Sequence record: MT740731.2
DNA: 43,169 bases
Reading direction: 5' to 3' (one strand)
Source: Ralstonia phage Claudette
Shown: piece after piece, positions 27,087 through 34,895 of the stretch
How the letters are laid out: each line of letters starts with the position of its first letter
How positions within the stretch are numbered: the stretch's first letter is position 1
Position numbers and translations under genes: made by a program
Notes under the pieces: model-generated
Told to the model about the DNA's origin: nothing
The model's input: only the letters and a program-made list of their open reading frames with translations
Database searches by the model: none

Positions 27087-27743
27087 TCACGCCTTCTTGA
27101 GCGCGCTCGCCAAGCGCTTCAGGTGCTCGCGTGCGGCATCCCTGTTTGCCGCCGGCTGCGCGGCAATTAGCGGCGCGGCGTTGCCACCATTCAGCAGCGC
27201 AGCAACGGGGCTGGAGGCGATGTCGGCGCCCGGCAACAGCATCTGCGCCTGCCCGGCCGACAGCAGGCCACGCTGAACCGCAGCGGCGATCACCGGCTCG
27301 CGGCCGTGCTTGTCGTCTCCGAGCGACGCGACCCACTGCGGCGGCCGGCCGGCATCGCGCGCCTCCTCGATAAGCCGCTCATACGCCTCGACGAACGCGC
27401 GCCGCGCGCCGAACTTGTCGCCGGCCTCAACGAGTGGCGCCGCGACGCCCCACGCCTGCGACATCTCCTCGGTCCACACCACGGTGTCGCGCTCGGACTT
27501 CGGCAGCATTGCCCACGCCTCGTCCGGCCCAGGTCGCCCGTCCATCGCATCGATGTGCTCCAGGATCGCGCCGAGCGAGAAGCGCGCCCTCGACTTGCGC
27601 ACCTTCGACAGCGCGCGCAGCACGGCCGCCTCGGGGTACGCCGACAGGTCGTCGACCAGCATCATCGCCGCCGCCTCGGTCAGCCGCGCGCCGCACAGCT
27701 CGGCCGTGGCGGCAACCGCCTTGATGAGATCAATCCCTGCCAT
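27087..27743 (-). CDS. Phage replication-associated protein
   Basis: 218 aa immediately downstream of the replication initiator; MAGIDLIKAVAATAELCGARLTEAAAMMLVDDLSAYPEAAVLRALSKVRKSRARFSLGAILEHI. Confidence 0.55.
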   Translation of the reverse strand: MAGIDLIKAVAATAELCGARLTEAAAMMLVDDLSAYPEAAVLRALSKVRKSRARFSLGAILEHIDAMDGRPGPDEAWAMLPKSERDTVVWTEEMSQAWGVAAPLVEAGDKFGARRAFVEAYERLIEEARDAGRPPQWVASLGDDKHGREPVIAAAVQRGLLSAGQAQMLLPGADIASSPVAALLNGGNAAPLIAAQPAANRDAAREHLKRLASALKKA

Positions 27744-28683
27744 GATCGCCTCCTCTCAACGCCTCTGCATCACGGGTGGCATGAATCTCCGCAATTCGGC
27801 CCCACATCTCGCCGTCCTCCTGCAAGCGGTCGGCCTCGCTGGCGGCCTTCGCCGTCATGCGCCGGCCCGTGAACCATTCCGTTCGCAGCTTCTCGGCGTC
27901 CGCCAGCAAGCAGTCCACGGCGTGCATCTTCTGCGCGTAGTACCGGTTGTTGTGCCAGACGTAGAACGCCGCCACCTGTGGCGCCTCGTCCGCGCCCAGG
28001 CGAGTCAGCAGTTGCGCAAGCTGGCCGTTGACCTTGGCGTTGCGAACAGGCTCCGCGCCATAGCGCTGGCGATACGCTGCCGCGTAGGCGTCCCAGATCG
28101 CCGATGTTGGCGCGGGCGGTTTCGTCGTGCTCGCCTTCGTAGGTTTTGCAGTAAGCAACTCGACTGGCTTTTCGGTGCGCTGCGGTCGGTCCGCCGAAGG
28201 CGCGACCCCGGCGCAACCATTCCCTTCCCCTTCCATATTCCCTTCCCCTTCCATATTCCCTTCCCCTTGGGAAAGAAAAAGCGAAGAAGCGTTCGCGATG
28301 TTCACGCGTGCCTCACGCGTGCAAGTTATTGTTATGTAAGAACTTTCTTCTGGCTCTGGAAGCTCAGACTGGCTTTCCTTGTTGTTGATGACCTGATGCC
28401 TTGCGAACGTCGGTATGACACCGAAATCCTCCCCATCCACGCGATACTTCCGCACGAAACCACGCGACGCCAACGCGTCGAGCACGCGTGCGAAATCGAT
28501 ATCGTCGTGAGGGAGGACGTCGAGCTTGAGTGTTCTTGGCGACCACTTGAATCTTCCATCTCGATCGCAACACGTGAACAACCCGATGAATGCCAGCCGG
28601 AGAGGGAGGCCAGCCTCACGCTCAAGGTCGAACAGCTCTTCATGCCGGAACAACGCCGGCTTAACAGTTCTGATGCGCGCCAT
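27730..28683 (-). CDS. Phage replication initiation protein (DnaD/O-like)
   Basis: MARIRTVKPALFRHEELFDLEREAGLPLRLAFIGLFTCCDRDGRFKWSPRTLKLDVLP. Confidence 0.75.
   Translation of the reverse strand: MARIRTVKPALFRHEELFDLEREAGLPLRLAFIGLFTCCDRDGRFKWSPRTLKLDVLPHDDIDFARVLDALASRGFVRKYRVDGEDFGVIPTFARHQVINNKESQSELPEPEESSYITITCTREARVNIANASSLFLSQGEGNMEGEGNMEGEGNGCAGVAPSADRPQRTEKPVELLTAKPTKASTTKPPAPTSAIWDAYAAAYRQRYGAEPVRNAKVNGQLAQLLTRLGADEAPQVAAFYVWHNNRYYAQKMHAVDCLLADAEKLRTEWFTGRRMTAKAASEADRLQEDGEMWGRIAEIHATRDAEALRGGDHGRD
28219..28268. repeat. 18-nt in-frame tandem repeat, ~2.8 copies
   Basis: ATTCCCTTCCCCTTCCAT x2 + ATTCCCTTCCCCTT, encoding GEGNME repeats. Confidence 0.9.
28454..28508 (-). repeat. 55-nt copy matching window terminus in inverted orientation
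   Basis: Reverse complement equals 43115-43169 exactly. Confidence 0.9.
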
Positions 28684-28919
28684 TACTCGTCACCCATGGC
28701 AGAGAGAATAGTTTGGCGAGCAAGCGTCTCCGCGCGCTCGAAAACAGCGGGGCCGTCGACTATGGCCTGCCAGAGCAAATCCTTCTGATCGCTCTCCTCA
28801 ATCAGGCGCTCAACGAGAGAGATCGCCCAATCATGCATCTCAATCGATGCTCGGTTGGCAGAACGCGCGAAAGCGATCAGAGCGACCGCAATCTCAATGG
28901 TGAGGGGGTCATGCTTCAT
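28683..28919 (-). CDS. Hypothetical protein
   Basis: Start MKHDPLTIEIAVALIAFARSANRASIEMHDW; start/stop coupled to replication gene. Confidence 0.55.
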   Translation of the reverse strand: MKHDPLTIEIAVALIAFARSANRASIEMHDWAISLVERLIEESDQKDLLWQAIVDGPAVFERAETLARQTILSAMGDE

Positions 28920-29119
28920 GGTAGCTCCAAAAAAAAAGAGCTTCACCTGCGCGGTCCCGTTTCCGGGTTGGCCGAACGGGTCAAGTGCCCGCCACCGCGC
29001 ATGTGAAGCTCTACTTGATAAAACCCCGGCCAAGGGGTCCGCGCTAACTGCGCGGCATACTGCATTTTGCCACGATTCGCGGCTCGCGGTACGTAAATCG
29101 CACCACTGGTATTGCTTTA

Positions 29120-29149
29120 TTGCCAACTGCGCATTTTCCAAGTTACAAT
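29120..29149 (+). promoter_or_regulatory. sigma70-like promoter on + strand, antisense to operon direction
   Basis: TTGCCA-N18-TACAAT. Confidence 0.45.
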
Positions 29150-29155
29150 TCGCTT

Positions 29156-29206
29156 GATCACTCTGCACGTCCCTCTGTGCGGCCCGCTTCGGCGGGCCTT
29201 TTTTTT
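29156..29206 (+). ncRNA. Candidate ~50-nt promoter-to-terminator small RNA
   Basis: Lies between the 29120-29149 promoter and the 29181-29206 terminator; contains GCAC/GTGC hairpin. Confidence 0.35.
29181..29206 (+). terminator. Strong intrinsic terminator
   Basis: GGCCCGC-TTCG-GCGGGCC followed by TTTTTTTT. Confidence 0.8.
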
Positions 29207-29241
29207 CATACCGCTGGTTTGATTTTCGTACCGCCACAGGC

Positions 29242-29907
29242 ATGCGAAAGCCCGTCCAGCAGGCCAATCCATTCCCCCGGATTGGTGAGAAGCATCCTCG
29301 CCTTCTTCCACAGGTTCATCGCGCTCGGGATCACCTGAAGATTCAAGCCGACGTGCAGGCCGCACGCGATCCGAGATCGAAGCGGGATCATGTGGTCGAC
29401 GTGCCAGTCGATCCCCGTCAACTGCCGGCGCAGCAGCGCGAGGCTCGCGGCCTCTGTCGCAACGAACCGATCAAGCTCCGAAAACCAGCCGGGCACCGCG
29501 CGCGCCTTTGCAGCCTTCCGCTTCTGGCCGGATGCCGCATGCGCCGCCTTGTTGGCGCGGTAGTAGCCACGCTTCTGCTGCCGGAGCGCATCCTGGTTTG
29601 CCAGCCTGTAGACAGCGTTCTTCAGCAGGATCGCATCCCTGTTCCTGGCGTAGTGGCCGGCCATCGACGCCTTGTATTTCTCGGGGTTCTCGGCCCGCCA
29701 CGCCTTGTTGTCGCGGTTGACCTTCTCGGCGTTGTCCTTCTGCCAGCGCGCAAACGCCGCAGCACGGGCCTGCTTGCACGCGTCGCACGTGCAGGTATGG
29801 CCGCTGACCCTGCGCGGGGCGATGCCGCCGCGCGAGCACGCGACGCCGGTGAAGTAGACCTTCAGGCCGCGCACCATCGCCTCGTCTCTCGTGATGACGT
29901 CCATCAT
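29242..29907 (-). CDS. HNH endonuclease-like protein
   Basis: LTGIDWHVDHMIPLRSRIACGLHVGLNLQVIPSAMNLWKKARM; N-terminal HTCTCDACKQARAAAFARW. Confidence 0.75.
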
Positions 29908-30332
29908 GCGGCCTCTGCTTTCGGCACGGAAAGGTAGGCGACAATTGCGTCGCGGGCCTCGATCCAGCTCCAGGCATAGACAACCTTCCAGCCCTCGGCC
30001 GCAAGGCGAGACCCATACCAAAGCTGCTCATCTGTCGGCTTGTTGCGCCCAGCCTTAAGCTCCACGCTCAAGCCAATGAACTCGCCGCGCGGCACCGGCA
30101 GGCGCACGTCGTGCGCACCCTTGAGCATGCCGGCCGCCTTCGCCTTGCCGGCCTGGGCCTTGGACAGCTTCACGCCGTTCATGGAGCCTTCCAGCAGCTC
30201 GATACCGGGATAGGCGCGCACCACGGCCGGAATGCGCGCCCACTCGAACAGCGCGCATTGCTCATCGAACTCGGGACTGCGGCGCGGCGCACGGCGCACG
30301 GCGCCGGTGCTGATCGGACTGCGGCGCCTCAT
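29904..30332 (-). CDS. VRR-NUC domain nuclease
   Basis: MLKGAHDVRLPVPRGEFIGLSVELKAGRNKPTDEQLWYGSRLAAEGWKVVYAWSWIEA. Confidence 0.75.
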   Translation of the reverse strand: MRRRSPISTGAVRRAPRRSPEFDEQCALFEWARIPAVVRAYPGIELLEGSMNGVKLSKAQAGKAKAAGMLKGAHDVRLPVPRGEFIGLSVELKAGRNKPTDEQLWYGSRLAAEGWKVVYAWSWIEARDAIVAYLSVPKAEAA

Positions 30333-31093
30333 GCCTTCACCTGTTCGGGCAGTTGCGCGGCCATCCACAGACCGGCGACCCACTGCACGCCCTTCGGCGT
30401 GAACTTGGCCTGGGCGTAGACGTGGGTGCTGCTGGTCGACACACCGGTCTTGATGTCGAAGCGGCCGGCGTCGATGTGCTGCTGGTACGGTGCGAGCACG
30501 CCGCCGAGCCGGTACATGATGCGCTTGTCGATCAGGAAGGCGCGGAAATCGTTCTCGTTGGCGCCCAGCAGCTTGGCCGTCTGGCGGAAGCCAAACGCGC
30601 CGCCGGCGTCGACGTAGCGCTCAACGAATTCGACCTTCGGACGCTGCTCTTCAAGGAGTTGCTGCTGTCGCTCGATGGCCTCGGCCTGCTCGGCCGCCAG
30701 CCGCAGCGCGCCGGCCAACGTGGTGGGCACCTTGAACGTCGGCGCCGGTGCGGATTGGTGCTGCACTGCATAGCTTCCCGTCTTGCGGATGCTCGGCAGC
30801 ACCGTGCCGACGACCCACTCCTCGAATGCCTCGGCCGCCGGCAGCTTGGAGCGCATCACAAGGCGGTAGACATCGCGCTCGGGGATAATCCTGACGGACT
30901 GCACGCCACCGGAAGTGGGGGTGCGGATTTCGCTCACCCCTTTGCAATGCGTGCGGATCGCCTCTGCCGGGTTGCTATACCCAAGAACAAGCGCCACATC
31001 GCGCGCCACAAACCATGGCTCGCCATCACGCTCGATGACGCGAACGTCATGCTGATCGAAGCTGAAAGGGATGATCTGCTTGAAGGCTCCCAT
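30329..31093 (-). CDS. Phage antirepressor (BRO-N + KilAC/Ant C-terminal)
   Basis: VRVIERDGEPWFVARDVALVLGYSNPAEAIRTHCKG...; GAFGFRQTAKLLGANENDFRAFLIDKRIMYR. Confidence 0.85.
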   Translation of the reverse strand: MGAFKQIIPFSFDQHDVRVIERDGEPWFVARDVALVLGYSNPAEAIRTHCKGVSEIRTPTSGGVQSVRIIPERDVYRLVMRSKLPAAEAFEEWVVGTVLPSIRKTGSYAVQHQSAPAPTFKVPTTLAGALRLAAEQAEAIERQQQLLEEQRPKVEFVERYVDAGGAFGFRQTAKLLGANENDFRAFLIDKRIMYRLGGVLAPYQQHIDAGRFDIKTGVSTSSTHVYAQAKFTPKGVQWVAGLWMAAQLPEQVKA

Positions 31094-31095
31094 GA

Positions 31096-31260
31096 TCAGC
31101 TCTCCGCGCCCGGCGACATACGGAAACGGCCGCCGACCGGCGGGAAGCCGACCAAGATCGACTTCGGATAATCGCCACCATTCTTCATCCGCTCTTCGTG
31201 AGCACGGTTGATGAGGTCGATTCCCATTGCTTCCATGCTTTTCGTTTGGCGCTTGCTCAT
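31096..31260 (-). CDS. Small hypothetical protein (MSKRQTKSMEAMGIDLINRAHEERMKNGGD...)
   Basis: 54 codons with ATG and TGA, tiling between neighbours. Confidence 0.45.
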   Translation of the reverse strand: MSKRQTKSMEAMGIDLINRAHEERMKNGGDYPKSILVGFPPVGGRFRMSPGAES

Positions 31261-31880
31261 GCTGCATCCCTTACGCTACGCGCGTAGTCCTCGATGCGAC
31301 CGTCGTCTCGAAACCACTCACCAAAAACGCGAAGATCAGAAAATTGATCATGCAATTCTCTTTCGACATCTCGTCGCACAACGGCAAGGGTTGTTAGATC
31401 GCAGCCGGCTCCTGTTTCGAGCGCCCTCACACGATGCACTACATTTACAGACTTGCCGATTTTTATCAGGCCGCTGATTCCATGCCTGACGATGTAAGTG
31501 TTGACCATCTGATTTCCTTGACCATTGGCATCTGCATTGCCTAGCAACAGTGCCGGGACAATCATGGCATGGGCATAACGAAGGACAGAGATCGCATCAC
31601 AAAGAATCCTGCGCGCGGCTGGATAGTGAGCAAAAACGTGCTCCGCTATGCGGTTGCCGCTGTCGATCTTATGCTCGACCTCATCAAGAAGTGCGCGGGC
31701 TTCGGCCCTACCGATAGCATCGATGTTTGCTCGCGCCGCCCGAAGAAATGCGGCAGACGCATCGTGCGAAACAATCGTCGCAAAGCGGATCGCCTCGTCG
31801 TCAGTAGCAACGCCATAAATCGCGCGCTCGGCGACACTTCCTGCAAGCTCAGGTTTCATCACGAACGGGTGCTCATGCAT
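31257..31880 (-). CDS. GIY-YIG/T5orf172-like protein
   Basis: MVNTYIVRHGISGLIKIGKSVNVVHRVRALETGAGCDLTTLAVVRRDVERELHDQFSDLRVFGEWFR; start MHEHPFVM preferred. Confidence 0.75.
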   Translation of the reverse strand: MHEHPFVMKPELAGSVAERAIYGVATDDEAIRFATIVSHDASAAFLRAARANIDAIGRAEARALLDEVEHKIDSGNRIAEHVFAHYPAARRILCDAISVLRYAHAMIVPALLLGNADANGQGNQMVNTYIVRHGISGLIKIGKSVNVVHRVRALETGAGCDLTTLAVVRRDVERELHDQFSDLRVFGEWFRDDGRIEDYARSVRDAA

Positions 31881-32064
31881 ATTGGCTCCAGAATAGAAAA
31901 AGCCCTTGGGAGGACGCACAGGCCGCCAAGCCAAATCAGACACGCGAGTGCTGATGTGCGCCCTCCGAAGGGCTCGGAAGGTGGGCGCATGTCTGAATTG
32001 TTTGGCTTGGCGTGCAGGCATTGTAGGCCAAAAAATCCAGGCATGACCCCGTCTCGTTACAATT

Positions 32065-32451
32065 TCATGCGGCTGACAATAGTCCGAGGTCCTGCTCGCG
32101 GTACGCGGCCCACCGCTTGTAGGCTCGTTCCCACGCCTGCCTTTTCTCATCGCGCGGCGCGGACCCTGCGTCGAGCCAAGCATGGCACCGCCAGCAGCCG
32201 GGCACCGTGAACTTGTCATCCGCCTTCAGGCCGGCGCCCTTCCCGTAGTCGCTCCAGTTGGCGTGACACGGAACGACAGTGGCAGTATCGCCGCAGCACA
32301 CGCCGGGCACGGCGAGGAAGCAGTGCGCACCACGACACGCCTCCAGCATGCGCTTGTCGTGGCCCGGCCGCTTCTTCGGTGAACGCTTCTTGATGGTGCT
32401 GCGCCGGAGCTGCGACGTGCCGCGAGCAAGCGGCGTCTTGCGTCGAAGCAT
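32065..32451 (-). CDS. DUF1364/YbcO-like phage nuclease
   Basis: ACRGAHCFLAVPGVCCGDTATVVPCHANWSDYGKGAGLKADDKFTVPGCWRCHAWLDAG. Confidence 0.8.
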   Translation of the reverse strand: MLRRKTPLARGTSQLRRSTIKKRSPKKRPGHDKRMLEACRGAHCFLAVPGVCCGDTATVVPCHANWSDYGKGAGLKADDKFTVPGCWRCHAWLDAGSAPRDEKRQAWERAYKRWAAYREQDLGLLSAA

Positions 32452-32936
32452 CAGCGCACCCCCTGCTGCCAGCGCACATACGGCAGGCGGATTGCCTCGT
32501 GGAAGATGCTGGCCGCGTCCTGGTCGTTGTCCAGCTCGGCGCGGCTCTTGATCTTGCAGATTTCGCGCATAGCACCCGCAGCCTGCTCTGCGTTGGTGAT
32601 CGACGCGCGGAAGTGCTCTGTAAGGAAACGCCAGAAATCCGAGTTAGAGCACAGCATGCCGGCGAGCTTCGCCAGCGCACCGCCCTGCGGCTTCTCAGGC
32701 GCGGGTGCGACCGGCTCCGGCGGCGTGACCGGAAGCTCATCTTCCCCGATCTCGACGAGAACACATGCGAGGCGATGGCCGGCCGTGTTGCCCTTGCGCA
32801 CAGTGAGTGCGCGGAACACGTCCAGGTCGGTGGCGTCCGCCAGCCAGAACGTTACCTTGCACCCGCCGTTGTGCGTCTCAGACCAGCCCGCAAGCTGCAC
32901 TTCGCCCTGGAATGTCGGCTTGATCTCAGCGTCCAT
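32451..32936 (-). CDS. Hypothetical protein
   Basis: Start MDAEIKPTFQGEVQLAGWSETHNGGCKVTFWL. Confidence 0.55.
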   Translation of the reverse strand: MDAEIKPTFQGEVQLAGWSETHNGGCKVTFWLADATDLDVFRALTVRKGNTAGHRLACVLVEIGEDELPVTPPEPVAPAPEKPQGGALAKLAGMLCSNSDFWRFLTEHFRASITNAEQAAGAMREICKIKSRAELDNDQDAASIFHEAIRLPYVRWQQGVR

Positions 32937-33150
32937 TGCGCTTCCTCGCAGCCATCTCGTGCTCGAACGCGTCGAGACACAGCTTGTCGCAGAAGCGGCG
33001 CCCGTCTTCAGTCTCCTCGCCGCAATAGATGCAGTGCGTCGCTGTCGGGATCGGCTTGGCCGCACGCTCGCGCGCGGATGACACCAATGAATCGGTCTCG
33101 CGCTGCGTCAGGTCGGCAGCGTCGTCGAGAAAGTCGGCGTGTTTGCTCAT
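32926..33150 (-). CDS. Small Cys4 zinc-finger protein
   Basis: THCIYCGEETEDGRRFCDKLCLDAFEHEMAARKR; ATG overlaps the iscB stop (TGATG). Confidence 0.6.
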   Translation of the reverse strand: MSKHADFLDDAADLTQRETDSLVSSARERAAKPIPTATHCIYCGEETEDGRRFCDKLCLDAFEHEMAARKRNGR

Positions 33151-34565
33151 CAGTCTGCGCGGGAAACCTCGGCCTTCAGGCCGAGAAGGTAGAGCGCCGA
33201 GGCCGCAGGCCTCGTTGCTTTGCCAGGTTGAGAATTGACAGGGCTAGCAAGGGCGTAGCCGTAGCCATCACCTCTTTGCGCCACGCTGCAGTGCTTGTGG
33301 GAAATGCCCTGTACAGTTGGTAAACCGGGCTTGCCGGGTTGGATATTGAACGAGCCAGTTTGTCGAATCGCCACACGGCCCTTGTAGGTGCCCGCCTTTT
33401 TTCCGCTAGGCACCGATGCAATAACCATATCGCCAGTGCGAAAGCCAAAGGCCGTCTTGTTGCGGGCGAGATAGGCACGCGGAAAGCCATATTGATTGAG
33501 CCGGGTGCGGCTACGGGAACCGCGCCCAGTGCACTTCACTACCAGCACAGGCGCGCCGCTGCCAGTGACTCTGTCCGCGCGGCCGACGCAAGCGGCATCG
33601 AGAGAATGCGTTTTGGGTAGACCCAGGCGCGTGCGATTCCACTTCGTCTGTCCGCCGCTGCCGGTGTTGACCGGCAGGCCTGTGCCCTTGAGCGCGTTAA
33701 GCAATGCCCACCGCGTCGCGTTGACAGCCGCCGCGTCCCGCAGCGGTGCCTTTGCTCGAGCGAGAATCCGTTCGAGTCGCATCGGGTCTTTAGCGAGGAA
33801 GACCCGAATGTCCTGACTGTCTTTCTTCTCGTTGCAGGGCTGACAAGCTAGCGTCAGGTTGCTGACCCGGTTAGAGCCCCCTCGAGCCTTCGGGTGAATG
33901 TGCTCGACTTGCAGCGGTACGCCGGTTTCGTCGCAGTACTGACAGGTGCGTCCGAATTTTTCCAGCAGATACTCGCGGACTTCATAGCCAGCAAGCTCGC
34001 CTTGCTGATACTCGACGCCGGATATCTCGGCATTCTGCATCAGTTGCATGTCGAAGCGCACGAGCTCCTGGGCAAGGTGGGTAATCGGAGCCAAGCGGCA
34101 AAGCCGCTTGACCCACGACACCGTCGTATCAACACGATGCTGCAAAGAAGGCGGCAACCAGCCTTCTTTGCGAGTGCGGTTGTCAAAACGAGGCGCCCGG
34201 TAGCGCAGGTTACCGCGCCGGCGGCGGCGCATTGCGGCCCGGGCATGCAAGGCCTCTTTGATAGCGTGTCCGCGATGCACCAGGTCCATCAGAAAACGGA
34301 TGTGCATGACGCGTTCGACCACACCATCTACGTCGATTCGCTCCTCGACCCGGCATACCGCAAGGCCGGTTGTCTTGCTGCCGGGGTCAAGCTTCAACTC
34401 AAGCGGTTGTAGAACGGAGTTCGCTTGTTGCCGGTCGATGAGCCGAATAGTGAACGGATAGAGCCGATGTACGCGAGCGCGCCCCGCGCTGAGGAGTTTC
34501 CTCGCGCGTTGCTCGCTGCACGGCATCAACGGCGCTCCGTTGCGACCCAGGACAAAGACTGACAA
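33150..34565 (-). CDS. iscB: IscB RNA-guided nuclease (RuvC + HNH)
   Basis: N-term VLGRNGAPLMPCSEQRARKLLSAGRARV; RuvC-I LKLDPGSKTTGLAV; RuvC-II LAQELVRFD; HNH CQYCDETGVPLQVEHIHPKARGGSNRVSNLTLACQPCNEKK; RuvC-III KTHSLDAACVG; TTG start with AAAAAGGAG RBS. Confidence 0.96.
   Translation of the reverse strand: MSVFVLGRNGAPLMPCSEQRARKLLSAGRARVHRLYPFTIRLIDRQQANSVLQPLELKLDPGSKTTGLAVCRVEERIDVDGVVERVMHIRFLMDLVHRGHAIKEALHARAAMRRRRRGNLRYRAPRFDNRTRKEGWLPPSLQHRVDTTVSWVKRLCRLAPITHLAQELVRFDMQLMQNAEISGVEYQQGELAGYEVREYLLEKFGRTCQYCDETGVPLQVEHIHPKARGGSNRVSNLTLACQPCNEKKDSQDIRVFLAKDPMRLERILARAKAPLRDAAAVNATRWALLNALKGTGLPVNTGSGGQTKWNRTRLGLPKTHSLDAACVGRADRVTGSGAPVLVVKCTGRGSRSRTRLNQYGFPRAYLARNKTAFGFRTGDMVIASVPSGKKAGTYKGRVAIRQTGSFNIQPGKPGLPTVQGISHKHCSVAQRGDGYGYALASPVNSQPGKATRPAASALYLLGLKAEVSRAD
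33168..33185 (-). repeat. Right-end hairpin of the IscB element
   Basis: CTCGGCC-TGAA-GGCCGAG perfect 7-bp stem in the iscB 3' end, resembles the left-end CCGGTC-TGAA-GGCCGG hairpin. Confidence 0.6.
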
Positions 34566-34879
34566 AAAGTGCTCCTTTTTACGTTAAACCATGCTGTCTT
34601 TCCAGCTGTCAGCCCTTACGGGCCTTGTGACGGTCACCTCGCGGTGACGCTCTCCTCGGGAATGTTGCAAGCCGGCTTAGGCAGGTTGCCCTGCCTTGTT
34701 GCGGTCCGTTTCGTGCGTACCCTGTAGCTTGTCTGCTACCGCAACTTCGAGAGTCCGGAACTGGAGAAGCATTCCGGAGTCGGTCTTGTACCTACTTGCA
34801 ACGTAGCGGGCTGGTTACCGCTTTCCCTGGTCAACTCGAGCTCTTACAAGCTCCGGCCTTCAGACCGGGGTGGTTGACA
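34566..34879 (-). ncRNA. HEARO / omegaRNA-like guide RNA scaffold
   Basis: Starts GTCAACCACCCCGGTCTGAAGGCCGGAGCTTGTAAGAGCTCGAGTTGAC. Stems: GTCAAC/GTTGAC, CCGGTC/GGCCGG, GAGCTT-GTAA-GAGCTC, AGCGG/CCGCT, TCCGGAA/TTCCGGA, GTTGCGGT/ACCGCAAC, AGGCAG/CTGCCT, GTCACC-GCGA-GGTGAC, GCCC-GTAA-GGGC. Confidence 0.9.
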
Positions 34880-34895
34880 GTGGCACTCAGAATGC
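34880..34895 (-). other. Inferred 16-nt guide segment 5'-GCATTCTGAGTGCCAC-3'
   Basis: Immediately 5' of the scaffold on the - strand, where IscB guides are located; overlaps ssb stop codon. Confidence 0.55.

Larger units (their letters stand above)
33150..34879 (-). mobile_element. IscB/HEARO element without tnpA
   Basis: iscB ORF plus upstream structured RNA; related hairpins near both ends; no transposase nearby. Confidence 0.8.

Noticed and set aside
33368-33816. Small + strand ORFs across iscB
   Set aside because: Antisense frames inside an intact, family-recognisable iscB; no independent support.
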